Below are positions 26,196-39,808 of a stretch of DNA of 64,000 nt, one piece after another (position 1 is the first letter of the stretch; each line of letters opens with the position of its first letter). The notes below the pieces were generated by a model, which saw nothing but the letters and a program-made list of their open reading frames with translations, did no database searches and had not been told where the DNA came from. Source of the DNA: Octopus bimaculoides (lineage: Eukaryota). The stretch lies in assembly GCF_001194135.2 (NCBI RefSeq), contig NC_068982.1, positions 33,475,085 to 33,539,084 of the forward strand. Direction: 5' to 3'. The position numbers and the translations under genes were made by a program.

Positions 26196-26775
26196 NNNNN
26201 NNNNNNNNNNNNNNNNNNNNNNNNNNNNNNNNNNNNNNNNNNNNNNNNNNNNNNNNNNNNNNNNNNNNNNNNNNNNNNNNNNNNNNNNNNNNNNNNNNNN
26301 NNNNNNNNNNNNNNNNNNNNNNNNNNNNNNNNNNNNNNNNNNNNNNNNNNNNNNNNNNNNNNNNNNNNNNNNNNNNNNNNNNNNNNNNNNNNNNNNNNNN
26401 NNNNNNNNNNNNNNNNNNNNNNNNNNNNNNNNNNNNNNNNNNNNNNNNNNNNNNNNNNNNNNNNNNNNNNNNNNNNNNNNNNNNNNNNNNNNNNNNNNNN
26501 NNNNNNNNNNNNNNNNNNNNNNNNNNNNNNNNNNNNNNNNNNNNNNNNNNNNNNNNNNNNNNNNNNNNNNNNNNNNNNNNNNNNNNNNNNNNNNNNNNNN
26601 NNNNNNNNNNNNNNNNNNNNNNNNNNNNNNNNNNNNNNNNNNNNNNNNNNNNNNNNNNNNNNNNNNNNNNNNNNNNNNNNNNNNNNNNNNNNNNNNNNNN
26701 NNNNNNNNNNNNNNNNNNNNNNNNNNNNNNNNNNNNNNNNNNNNNNNNNNNNNNNNNNNNNNNNNNNNNNNNNNN

Positions 26776-26826
<51 letters not shown>

Positions 26827-27534
26827 TATATATATATATATATGCTATATGAGTTTGTATATGTATATATTTGTGTGGGTGTGTGTGTGTGTGTGTGTAT
26901 ATACATGTATGAATATATACATACATATATAAACACACTAACACACACAGACAGAGGTAGACATTTGATATAGATGTGTGTGTCTGTTATATCTACCATT
27001 TCAAGTTTGCACCGGAAAACAAAACTATATATCTATCACTTGGTGGTTGACTAGTTTACCGATTACGGCACAGTCAACAGGCAATCACTTTAGTTTGGTA
27101 TAATAATTGGTAATGTGATCTCATAACATACAATGGATATCTGGTTCAAAACAGGTTCTGTTGTTCTTGTTCAGTTTCTAATTGGTGCTTACACAGATTA
27201 TAATGTTCAATATTGTCTGTTAACGATCTTAGCCTTTGATTTATGATGTACCGAGGCCAATTGTAAATACATACCCACTAACATATTAAAATTTAAAAAA
27301 GCTGTGTACAAATGTTTGGATGGATGGATGTATGTATATAAGTATGTGCACACCCATTTATAAGTCACTAGCATATAACAGGGACTGCTTATTCATTCTA
27401 CTTCCCATCTCCATCTCACTCTAGCTCCCCTTCTACCAGCCTCAGTGGGAAATAAAGGATTTACTTGCTCCAGTCATTGGATTGCAGCCATGCTACAGCA
27501 CCACCTTGAACGGTTTAGTTGAACAAATTAATTC

Positions 27535-27705
27535 CATCATCACCATCATCATTGTCGTTTAACGTCCGCTTTCCATGCTAGCATGAGTTGGACAATTTGA
27601 CTGAGGACTGGTGAAACCAGATGGCTACACAAGGCTCCAATCTGATTTGGCAGAGTTTCTACAGCTGGATGCCCTTCCTAACGCCAACCACTCCGAGAGT
27701 GTAGA
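27535..27705 (-). mobile_element. RTE 3' tail (family C), young copy
   Basis: tttaacgtccgctttccatgctagcatg...ctacagctggatgcccttcctaacgccaaccactccgagagtg. 40770-40880 is nearly identical. Confidence 0.85.
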
Positions 27706-28416
27706 GTATTTACTTTTTTTTTTCATAAGCTGAGTGCTTATTCTATCAATTTCATTTTGTTGAACCACTAAGTTACAGGGAACAAACAAACCAACACCCT
27801 TTGTTACGCATTGGTGGAGCTGTAAAGCAGTGGTGGAGCAACAAACACAAAGACACACACACACACACGTCTGCACCTATAGTGCAGAAGCTTAACTCTT
27901 AACCAGAAGCTTAATTTCTAATGAAGTACATTATTTTTGTTTTGATTAATCTAAAGAATAATGAAAAATTTATGAAAATAACTTTGTCATTAATAAGATG
28001 GTGTTTGGAACATAAATTAACACAAAACTCTATTGGAAGGTTTTTAATCCAGATTACTTTAAAGCAGATATTTTTGTATCATAGGACCAGGGGCAGTTTC
28101 AGGCAAGCTGATATGAAAAGGGTTCAACAGACACACACAGTGATATATACCTCTGACTTATTGGGGGGGGGGGTGATCACTGTGGCCACACCAGCAACAC
28201 TTAATAGATATCAATGTATATACAGCTTTTCTATGTTTCCAATGAATGCTGTTTCTCTGATTCCAATGAATGCTATTTCTATGTTTCTACTGAATGCTTC
28301 ATTATAAATGAGAGTTTTTCTAACATTAAAAATTTGTCATAAATTAAATGATTATTGCAAAAATATTTTGATAAATAAATAACCCTGTTTCCATGCATTT
28401 GACAAACCAGGCAATG

Positions 28417-28470
<54 letters not shown>

Positions 28471-31400
28471 CGAAATTACAGCTTTGTGTACCTCACACTC
28501 ATCACCACCTTCATTTACTCATAGCTCTCTTAATGCTTATTTCGTTTATGACGTCTTTTAGAGATAGGGTTTCGAGGTATAAGAGTTTTAAAAGATTGAT
28601 ACAACCTAACATCGCAGTCACTGCAGACACAGTTGTAAGAACACACAGAAATGGTACAAACACTGCAAGCCATAATGCCTACCATGCACACAGTTATATA
28701 TATATATATTTATGCAGGGGGTGAGGGAAGTCTGTCTCTCTCTCTCTTTCACCCACACACACACAAAGGCATCATACAGAGTGGTCTTTTTTCAGCACTA
28801 CTGTTTGTCCTCATTTGCACCATTATCATAGCTACTCACAAAATAGTAGTTATAGATGTGAATCTGACCACATCTGTCACCTTTTTATTGTAGGTGAGGA
28901 TTTAAGTGCCATATGGCACAAGAATTAACCATATTACACGTTACTTGGGTCTCCTGAATCAAATTTTTTCAGACATTTCAATGAAATTTGTGGGTCAGTT
29001 TGTGAAAATGATGAAAATCTGTATCTGTCTCCACAAAACTAAACATAAATGATGTGACAATATAACCTTTACATTCATGTGACAGTTGTGACTACCTTCG
29101 ATTTGATGAGAAAATAATATGCAATGGATTCATTAACAATGAGAGAACAAGAGGTGAATTACCCAACAAAACTCTGAAATTATTGTTATCAGAACTCAGA
29201 ATCCCTGTAGTGTCTATCTTCATGGTAACCAGATTTGGTTCACTGAACTGACACAAAGACGTCACAATAAAGATATAAGAGCAAACTCCTCAAAAAAGAG
29301 GGACATGAAATAAATGCAAACCCAGATCTCTCTTTAAAGAACATTTGAAAGCCCTACATGATATTGCAATAAAATCAAAAAATACAGCAGTTGAATAACA
29401 AGCTTGTCCATTGGTACTTGAAATGAAAACCTCAAACCATAGAGGATAAATTACACCAAAAACTGGTATAAAGTTGATGATATTACACCTGAAGTTTATC
29501 ATATTACACCTCAATGTTTAACTTCTAGTAAACAAAGAGCATGACGACCCAATCGAGTACCTACAACACAAATGACAGAAACTGCAGCTGGTAACAAAGG
29601 GTATGCAAAATCAAAAGTGAAGACACTAGCTACATTGTTACAAAATGTGAAAGGATATCCTTTACATACTACCTTCCTAATGACATATGATATGTTAGCC
29701 AGAACAATTGGGTATAGGCTGAAGCAAAAAAAGGTACAAAACTGTAATTGTTTCGGTCACTGGACTACAGTCATACTGGGAGTGCCACCTTGATGGGTTT
29801 TGGTTGAACAAACCACTATAAATACTTTTTTTTTTTTTTTCAAAAGTCTGGTGCCTATTCTATCAGTCTTTTTAGCTTCAAATTTTATTTCACATCATAA
29901 ACAGTACAAATCTATGTATGGATTAAGAGAACTTTGGGTGGAATTGAAATTAATGACCAAGTTCTTCAGCTTAATTTCATTACATATAGGAAAGCAAAGT
30001 CAAAATTCAAACAATGTCAAATGTATTTCTTCATACCAACATATGGTGCTTATACAGGGAATTCGCAATGTAATATCAAATCAATAAGGTTAAATTAGTA
30101 TATGATAGACACTAATAATTGAATGCTACTGTTTCGATAGTTCATTTCAATAGCAGTGTTGCAATGACTGCTCATTTCTCCACTGGAAAACTAGGTTAAC
30201 ATCTTAGTTCTCGATTGATGCCAAGAGCACCATTGTTTGTTAAAGTGAAATAAATTAGGCTAGATGACAGCCAGTGACCTTAATATAATGCTTACCAGAT
30301 ACGATGTTAATCTCTTCTCAATAACATCATGAACTTACCAATTTAAAGTGGATGTAAATTTAAAACCCATTCAGAATGAAGCAATTTAGAGAACCATACA
30401 ATCAACAGACACCAGTTATTTTAAGCAAAACAGTACAATTTTCGATGAATACTTTTGTGAGCAAAATAGCAAAAATTGTAACTAAAATTATCAAACATGT
30501 GATTATAACTTCACAAAAACCACAAGAAAATTACAGATATTATATCAATTCTGAAGAGTTGATCTCCAACTGAGTGAACAACACATGAATGGAATCAGTA
30601 TAATATAGACATAAACTAATGAAGCACTTTTGAAAGTAAGGTTCACAGTCTTACTGCAATCTTAAATAAGATAAAAAGCTACCTTAACTACAGTAACTAT
30701 GGATAACTATTTAATGAAATAACATGTGAAGAAAACTGATAACTATTTTGACTTATGTTTATGATTTATTGAAATAAGGGAACAGATAATTATGAAAGTG
30801 GTATTAAAGAAAAGGTTATTAACTAGTTTATAGTGAATTAAGTCATTCCAAAAGCAGGTTAATGTATTCATTTCAGAAGACATCGATCTGTTGGATAATG
30901 AGACAAAAGCTACATCTAAACCCAAACAGCTTTATACTACTACTGCCATTTATCAGCCTGACCACAAGACAGCAACTGAAAAAGCTATAAATATTCAACT
31001 AATGAATCGCTTAGCAAAGGTAATTACATACTAATGAAGATACTTAAAAAAATTATTATAATTTGAACAGGTGAGTTTTCCAACTTGTCAGAGAAAAATA
31101 TGAATGAGGGGGAAAATGTTTTTATCTAGAAAGACCAAGAAGAAACATACTATAATATTATGTGGTACACTGTATTTTGGGGACACCACTGAACACCTCA
31201 TATTAGTATAGTTTGTAAAGAATAAAGTACAAATCCGATCAGTCATCCAGGCTGGGAGTTGCACACTAAAATACATATATCTTGGTGCAAGTGAAGCATA
31301 ATTATTTCAATGAAGACAAACACAGGATCAAAAGCATGGCTTACCAAGAAGTTACCAAACTTCAAGGATACCACAGAAAATACATACAGAATAATAATAA

Positions 31401-32569
31401 AACATGATAGTGCAATATGGTTACAATTTACATATTACTAAAAGTTAGACTGATCAATTCTATGATCATTTTTCAATGCTGACATGGAATGGACAGATTA
31501 TCACAGTCTAGATCAGTTCTTTTTCAGAGTAACTGACTTCTTAGACAGTTAGGAAGATAACATCCCACTTATATATCTACGTTTTGACTTGGTTTTTAAA
31601 ATTGGATGTCTTTTCTAACAAACATCATTTTACAGGGTGTACTGGGTGCATTTAATCATAGCACCAGCACGAAAGAGGTTGTCTTACCCTTAGCAAGACT
31701 AAAGAATCCTTTCTAAGTTACATTGTCTCAGCTTGATTAGTCAACCATTTAACAAGTGTACTGAGAGCATTTTATTATAGCACCATACTAGTGAGGTCAA
31801 CTTGGAAACTACAACACAACAGAGCACCCACTAATCTAAGAGCAAGGCTAGAAGACCAGTGATGATATAAGCTAAGCTAAGATGTTCCAGCAAATTCATG
31901 TATTTGCATGATTGCAAGATGTGTTTTATAGTTGCAATTATTTTTTCCACCAATCACTTTCTTATCACACTGTAAAGACAGAGCTGGATCATGTAGTGAC
32001 ATAGATCTTGGTTAACAGCACAATGCAATGGCTCTTTGTACACTTAATGGCCAAGATCATAGAAATAAATCACAAGAGTCACTATACCAAAAGATAAACA
32101 AAACAGAATGACAGAATTGTAAACTTATTACAATTAACTTATTACTTTTTACCAAATTTATAAATTTACTTCTGCTATTCAGTTGCAATCTTTGCTTACT
32201 CTTTAAAACATACAGACACATATACACACATTCTAAAAGAGAGAAAAATAGTACAATTTACTTAGATGTATCTTTAGTAAGATCATTCCAAGATTAAATT
32301 AAAATGTTATCTTAATTCTTCAAACACATAATAAAAAAAAAATAGAAATCTTAGGGCTTGAGTTTGCATCTGGCACATTAGGGGTAGTTTTAGCATGTTG
32401 CCCCAGTTTGGCACTACTAGCTGGTCATTGGCTCTTTTTAACAGAATTCACTGCTCAAAGCATTTGGCCAAACCGGCACCTACGTTTTCCCCCCCCCCCC
32501 TACAAATGCTCTGGCTGGGCATCAACTACATCAATCTTACCAGTTTAAAAAGGGCAGCACAGGATATCA

Positions 32570-32671
32570 CACACACACACACACACATACACACACACAC
32601 GTGTGTGAGAGAGGCAAAGAAGTAGATGTATATCTATATGTGTTTATACAAATGCTAAACATATGTATGTA

Positions 32672-32720
<49 letters not shown>

Positions 32721-32913
32721 TGACAAACCGACAGATGTGTCTATGTGTGAATAAATATACATATACACACACATGTGTGTGTATTTACATAAACATGTGT
32801 CTATATGCATATATATATATATGTACACAGGCATATATATGTGTATATATATATATATATATATACATATATATACACACACACACACAGACACACATAC
32901 ATACACACACACA

Positions 32914-32951
<38 letters not shown>

Positions 32952-33002
32952 CACACACACACACATATATATATACACACATACACATACATATATATAT
33001 AT

Positions 33003-33067
<65 letters not shown>

Positions 33068-33284
33068 CACACACATACATATATATATATACACACACAC
33101 ATACATATATATATANNNNNNNNNNNNNNNNNNNNNNNNNNNNNNNNNNNNNNNNNNNNNNNNNNNNNNNNNNNNNNNNNNNNNNNNNNNNNNNNNNNNN
33201 NNNNNNNNNNNNNNNNNTATATATACATATATATATATATATATATTAGATAGACAGACAGATAGATTGATAGATAGATATATT

Positions 33285-33324
<40 letters not shown>

Positions 33325-33325
33325 T
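32570..33325. repeat. Compound (CA)/(TA)/(GA) microsatellite with gap
   Basis: Directly visible; source of the many Y/I/H/T ORFs. Confidence 0.95.
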
Positions 33326-33756
33326 CAAAGAAAACAGAGACATTTAAAAACACACACGTCATTGTATGTGTGCAAAGCAAATGTATATTCATTTTCTATG
33401 GTGGTTTCATATTCCTCTCTGACGCAAATACTTGCAGATACACACGCAAGCAGTACCCTAACACCTGTACATAAACATATGCACTTGTGTTCACATATGT
33501 CACGAATACTTAATGAATTTTCAAATATACATATAGACAAGCATATAGATACATTATCAAAGAGTGATAGGATTGTATATACGTGTTTATGAAACACACA
33601 TAGGTATTAATATGCACGCATGCACACACATGTGCAAACATACCCACCCATGTATGCATGGACATAAACACACTTGAGCATGTGTGAATGCATATGTACG
33701 CAACAATTTACACAAATTTATATTATATAAACTGTGTGTGTGTGTGTATGTGAGAA

Positions 33757-33831
<75 letters not shown>

Positions 33832-33852
33832 CTTTATAACAAGAATAGTATT

Positions 33853-33899
33853 GACAGTGACTTCGAAGTTTCAGCCTGCTTAATCTTCATCAGACTGTC
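33853..33899 (-). ncRNA. Minimal type I hammerhead ribozyme motif (Penelope-like)
   Basis: Minus strand GACAGT-CTGATGA-AG attaagcagg CT-GAAA-CTTCGAAG-TC-ACTGTC: perfect 6-bp stem I, intact core, short stem II, palindromic stem/loop III, GUC cleavage triplet. Confidence 0.8.
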
Positions 33900-33939
33900 C
33901 GATGAAGACTAAGGAGGTCAAAACTTTGAAGTCCCAGTC
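33893..33939 (+). ncRNA. Mutated hammerhead copy, inverted partner of 33853-33899
   Basis: GACTGT-CCGATGA-A-GAC taaggag GTC-AAAA-CTTTGAAG-TC-CCAGTC. Core positions are changed (CTGA to CCGA, GAAA to AAAA). Confidence 0.65.
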
Positions 33940-34358
33940 AATACTATTTTGCAAAGAATAATAAGTACACTACAAAAAGTACTGAGTAATCCCTACAGTC
34001 TAATGTATAATCATTTTTAGAACAAAAACATTGTATGTATGTATGTATGTATGTATGTATGTACATGACATGTATATCAGTATATTATTAGTGTATATTA
34101 TTAGTAACAAAAGAAAAGTTGAAAAACTACACATACCTGTCATATCGTAAAAATTGTCATATTAAAATATCCATTATTAATACATTGTAATGATATACAG
34201 AGCCCTCTATTAAAACATGGTACAAATCCTTCATTTCATGGATTGAAATTTAAAATAAATGAGTGAATAAACAGACTTTATCTTTCACCACAACAAAATC
34301 TCCTTTCCTTCTTTTCTACCTATCACATTCTCTTGTCTTTCACAGCATTCTCCTGTCC

Positions 34359-34389
<31 letters not shown>

Positions 34390-34610
34390 CCTGCCTCATT
34401 TTCAATCTTTCACTGTCTTCCTCTCACTATCTGTCTGTCTGTCTCCCTCTCTGTCTGTCTTACCTTTAAATCTTTCTTTCTCCTCATCTACCTGCTGGCG
34501 CACCTATCTTGCTTTTATTTTCACCTTCTTTCTTTCTTTTCAATCTCTCCTTTTTTCACACCTACATCCACCTCTCATCTTTCTTTCTCCGTCTGTCCCG
34601 GTCTCTTTCT

Positions 34611-34683
<73 letters not shown>

Positions 34684-34774
34684 GCTTTCCACTTATTGCT
34701 TTTTATAATGAGAAAGAGTTTTGTTAGTGTTTGTATTAGTGTGAGTGCATGCATATGCGAACAATACAACCTGT

Positions 34775-34805
<31 letters not shown>

Positions 34806-34929
34806 TATGCGCTTGGAAAAGAAAGCCTTAAAGTCGAGACATTATAATGAAAGGCTTTGTAGTAAATATTCCCACTGATCCCCTCCACACACACACACAC
34901 ATTAGAAAATCAAAGACAACAAAACTCAC

Positions 34930-35013
34930 TGGTAAACTAGAAACTACCTCAATCCAGCAGTAGTAAGTAAAAGCTGTGACAACGCCTCTGCCATTCCATC
35001 TTACTACTTCCCT
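34930..35013 (-). other. Candidate exon (84 nt), coding status unclear
   Basis: Acceptor atttcccttccccaag and donor gtgagt. One open frame (REVVRWNGRGVVTAFTYYCWIEVVSSLP) does not join in frame to the 12517 exon. Confidence 0.3.
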
Positions 35014-35196
35014 CTTGGGGAAGGGAAATATATAGATAGACAGGAGAATATTTAATAAACAGCAAAGTGTAGTGTACTTGTGGAATAGATACTATGTACA
35101 AACAATTACAAAAGGGAAAAAAAATGATAAAAATAAACTAAAAACTAATTGTGTGCGTGTGTATATGTGCATATATATTTGAATATATGAGCACGC

Positions 35197-35234
<38 letters not shown>

Positions 35235-36107
35235 AATAAAATGAGATGACAAAGAAATAAACGATTATCTTATGAATCTCATTAACTTACAGCTGTTTCT
35301 GCTATAAGTCGAATTCAGTCGAATTCAAGGTACTGATGAAGCTAAAAAGGGTTACTCAGGAATATATATNNNNNNNNNNNNNNNNNNNNNNNNNNNNNNN
35401 NNNNNNNNNNNNNNNNNNNNNNNNNNNNNNNNNNNNNNNNNNNNNNNNNNNNNNNNNNNNNNNNNNNNNNNNNNNNNNNNNNNNNNNNNNNNNNNNNNNN
35501 NNCGTACAAGTATGTGCATACCTACATCTACCTGTATGTATAGGTGCATATCTGGGTACAGGACGTTGCAAACAAAAGGTAGACAAAAAAATAATAATAA
35601 CCAGAGTACAGAAAACACACAGGCCACATAGAGAACATTTTCCTTCATCAACTGCCACCATTCTAACACAGGCGTTTCGAAGAGTTAGGGCAGGACGCAT
35701 CGTTAAAATGGCTCTTCCCTCGGACCACAAACTAAATTTGTACCCACAAATTAAATTTGTACCATGGAGGAATGTAGTGGCGGACAGAAAACAAGACAGG
35801 AAAACAAACGGAAAAGGCTAAGATTGAAAAATTAGCAACACCACTTCAAACACAGTGATACTGGTTTTGCAACCATTTCACAATATCAAATCAAAGGGGG
35901 ACACACACACACAATGGTTTGTGTCAGTTTCTCTCAACAGTGAAAGCCACTTACAAAGCTCTGGCCAATGCTGGGCTACAGCAAAATGACACAAGCCAAT
36001 GATGCAGTGAAGAGGAATTGAGCCACAATCCATACAGTTGGGAAGTAAACTTCTCAATCATACATCAATACCAGTGCCTTCTTCGCCATGCACCCAGTCG
36101 CACATAC

Positions 36108-36314
36108 ACCGAAAAGTTCTTGGCTTTAAGGATATTGCGAAAGGCCTAGTTGGAAGCCCAATATTCCAAGTTCTTTTACAGATTTTAGAAAAACTGAAGG
36201 ATTGCTGCATAAGTGTGTGAATTCAAGAGGAGAATATGTTCAATACAATCATAATTAACTGATCCTCCTGTATTTTCTTTTACCCAAAGCCAGAAACTTT
36301 TCAGCAGCCCTTTG
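36108..36314 (-). mobile_element. mariner-like MITE, one end degraded
   Basis: gaaaagttcttggcttt...aaagccagaaacttttcagc; body matches 47760-47976. Confidence 0.8.
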
Positions 36315-36352
36315 TATATATGTACATGCGTGTATGTGTATTTGTGAATGTC

Positions 36353-36398
<46 letters not shown>

Positions 36399-36410
36399 AA
36401 CTCCTATACA

Positions 36411-36467
<57 letters not shown>

Positions 36468-36541
36468 NNNNNNNNNNTATATATACACACACACATACAC
36501 ATTCACACACACACTCCTATACATGTGTGCATACATATGTA

Positions 36542-36586
<45 letters not shown>

Positions 36587-36717
36587 GTATTACAGGCATA
36601 TATTCATATTTCATACATGAATGCATGTATGTATGTATATATTCATATACGTATGCAGGCAGATAGACAGCGTAGTTCAAATAACAAACTTTACAACTAA
36701 CATTACCAGCCACGCAA

Positions 36718-36756
<39 letters not shown>

Positions 36757-37899
36757 ATAACAACTATGATGTTACATCACACCAAACTTACTCCACCCAA
36801 CATAGCTTAACTCTCCTGATACTCTCCTTTCCAGTTTAAAAACAAAGAGTGCAGAGAGAAAAGCCAATAATAACTACAACAATAACCACAACAACAACAA
36901 CAACAACAGTAATAAATAAACAAACAGACAAACAAGCAAACAAAAAAACTGAAACCAATTAACACAGGTAGGAATCATATAATTAATTACTGTTGCTTAT
37001 GAAGTGGGACAGAAGAGATAAGATTATATTACACACACACACACACATGCACGCGTGTGTGATGCTATTCTTTGTAGTATCACAGTGCCTTGCGGTTCAA
37101 AATGTAGACTGTTCAATTCATAGAACAAGGCCAATTCAAAGCCTTATTCTATTAATTGGAAATAGACACTCATCACCATCATCATTTAATGACTTTGTTC
37201 CATGCGGTCATGGGTTGGATGGTCTGACAGGATGTGATAGGTCTACGGACCACATTGTGCTCCGGTGTCTATTATTGTATGGCTTCTATAGCTGGATCCC
37301 CTACCTAAATGCCAACCACTTAACAGAGTGTACCAGATGCTTTTTTTTTCATGCCACTGGCACTAGTGACATTGCCATGTAGCACACAAGACTTTAAAAA
37401 CAAACAAAAAATTGAGGGGGGGGGGAAGCAGCAATTACACAGGGTGTTCAGAGTACAGAGTATGGAAGGAGGAAAGGGCAAGTAGGTTTTCATAAAGGTA
37501 CAGAGTATGGAGGAGGAAAGGGGAAGTAAGTTCTTGTAGAGGAGCCATATCTTATTTCTCAAATTTTCACTATCACACCAGTGGTATTCATCAAGAGATG
37601 ACGATGATGTTTAGCACCAGGCTAGTCCTGACTGAGCAGACTTATACTCAAAAAGTATTCTAGCTGTGACAATCCCACAAATGTTAGGAGAGAGCTGTCA
37701 TCAAAGAAATGTAGTCGCAGAATAGAATCAAATGAAGGAACAAGAAAGCAAGAAAGAGAAATCTAAAGTGTGGCTGTGGCTGTGGGATAAGAAGTTTGCC
37801 TCCCGACCACAAGGTTCCAGGTTCAGTCCCGCTGACAGCAGCTGTCTGTATGTCTGAGAACCAACTTCCAACATAAATTGAAGTATGTTCATATTATCC

Positions 37900-38125
37900 T
37901 TCCCCTGTTTTTGAAGACAGTAAAATTGAGAAAGTGATTGTATAGTGACACTGAAATGGCAGCCTGAGGTGCAAAGAGCAACAGGGCACCCTAAAACTGC
38001 ATGCCGAATGGTCATTGACAAGAAAAGGAAATGAGAGGGTAGAGAAGCTGGAATGAGACCAGAACAGTGGTAGAAAACAGAGCTAGTTGTGGCCTTACGT
38101 GCCTCATGGCATGGAGAGAACTAAG
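37900..38125 (+). mobile_element. RTE LINE 3' end, second subfamily, decayed
   Basis: PEVQRATGHPKTACRMVIDK and LVVALRASWHGEN* resemble PEGKR.RGRPKTTW and VVALCA.WHEE. Confidence 0.6.
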
Positions 38126-38714
38126 GAAATGAGGGAAACTTGATTGATATTTCTAGCAGGTTAAGTGATCACACAGAAGCTCCCTTATTAGCTTATAGAA
38201 ACTGAAGAATTTATTTGCTCAGGCAGTAAAATTTACAAGTAACAATGAACACAACAATATATTTCCCATCCAGCTGCATATCATGAACTACAGTATATCT
38301 ATTAGTTTGACTAATCCAATGAATGTTTTCAGTATGATCCAAGGTGAAACAAGTCATGAGAAGAAATCAGCAATAATGCGATATTATTGCAAACAAATTA
38401 TTTCTTTCTTCTCCAGCAGACCTCTCGTATTGTCACACATATGACATTTCCACTTTCTAAACAAATAATGTTACAACCTTCTTTCATACTAATGAGCTAG
38501 TTCTTTATCTCTATTTAATGATAAAGCTACGAAAACAAGCAATTATTGTTAAATGAGCAATTTCACACAATGGTCGTAACTAACCTAATGCATTTTCCTA
38601 ACTCAATCTCAACTAAATATAGGAGAGATGGATAAGTTCAATCAAAGTGAAGATAATATCTTGCATTTTGGGATCCTATCTTTCACCTGAGAAAAGGTAG
38701 TATCTTTTATTTTT

Positions 38715-39060
38715 TACTAGTTCCAGTCATTGGACTTTGACAATGCTGAGGCACCTCCTTGAAGGGTTTTAGTTGGACAAATCAACCCCAGTGTTTATTT
38801 TCCTAAGTCTGGAAATAATTCTATCAGTGCCTTTTGCTAAACAAACCAACAGCTGTTGTCAAGCAGTGGGTGAGGACAAATACAGATACAAATACACACC
38901 CACACACACACACACATGACAAGCTTCTACACAGTTTCTATCTACTAAATTTACTCACAAGACATTGGTCAGCTTGGGGCTATAGTAGAAGATACTCGCC
39001 CAAGGGGCCACACAGTGAAGCTGAATCAGAAACCAAGTGGTTGCAAAGCAAGCTTCAAAA
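38715..39060 (-). mobile_element. SINE family A
   Basis: Tail, (CA)n and head present. Confidence 0.75.
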
Positions 39061-39309
39061 ATCAGGTAAGACAGGAAAGAAGGCAGCACTCATGACCCTT
39101 ATAAGGACTCTAAAACTGGTGTGAGTCATTAGACTGTGGCTATGCTGGAGCACTAGTATCCAACAAAGCTCTTTCTATTACTATTATTTAACAATAATAA
39201 TTACACACACACGCATGATGTATGTATACATGTCATCATCATCATCATCATCATCATCTAAAGTCAACTATTCCATACTTAGAAGGGTCAGATAGGACTT
39301 GTTGAAGCA

Positions 39310-39352
<43 letters not shown>

Positions 39353-39750
39353 ATATAACTATATATATATATAACTATATATATATATAACTATATATAT
39401 ATATAACTATATATATATAACTCTCTCTTTCCTTTCCTGAGCGTCCAATAACACTATCCGTATCACNNNNNNNNNNNNNNNNNNNNNNNNNNNNNNNNNN
39501 NNNNNNNNNNNNNNNNNNNNNNNNNNNNNNNNNNNNNNNNNNNNNNNNNNNNNNNNNNNNNNNNNNNNNNNNNNNNNNNNNNNNNNNNNNNNNNNNNNNN
39601 NNNNNNNNNNNNNNNNNNNNNNNNNNNNNNNNNNNNNNNNNNNNNNNNNNNNNNNNNNNNNNNNNNNNNNNNNNNNNNNNNNNNNNNNNNNNNNNNNNNN
39701 NNNNNNNNNNNNNNNNNNNNNNNNNNGGGGGAGAGAGAGAGAGAGAGAGA

Positions 39751-39808
<58 letters not shown>

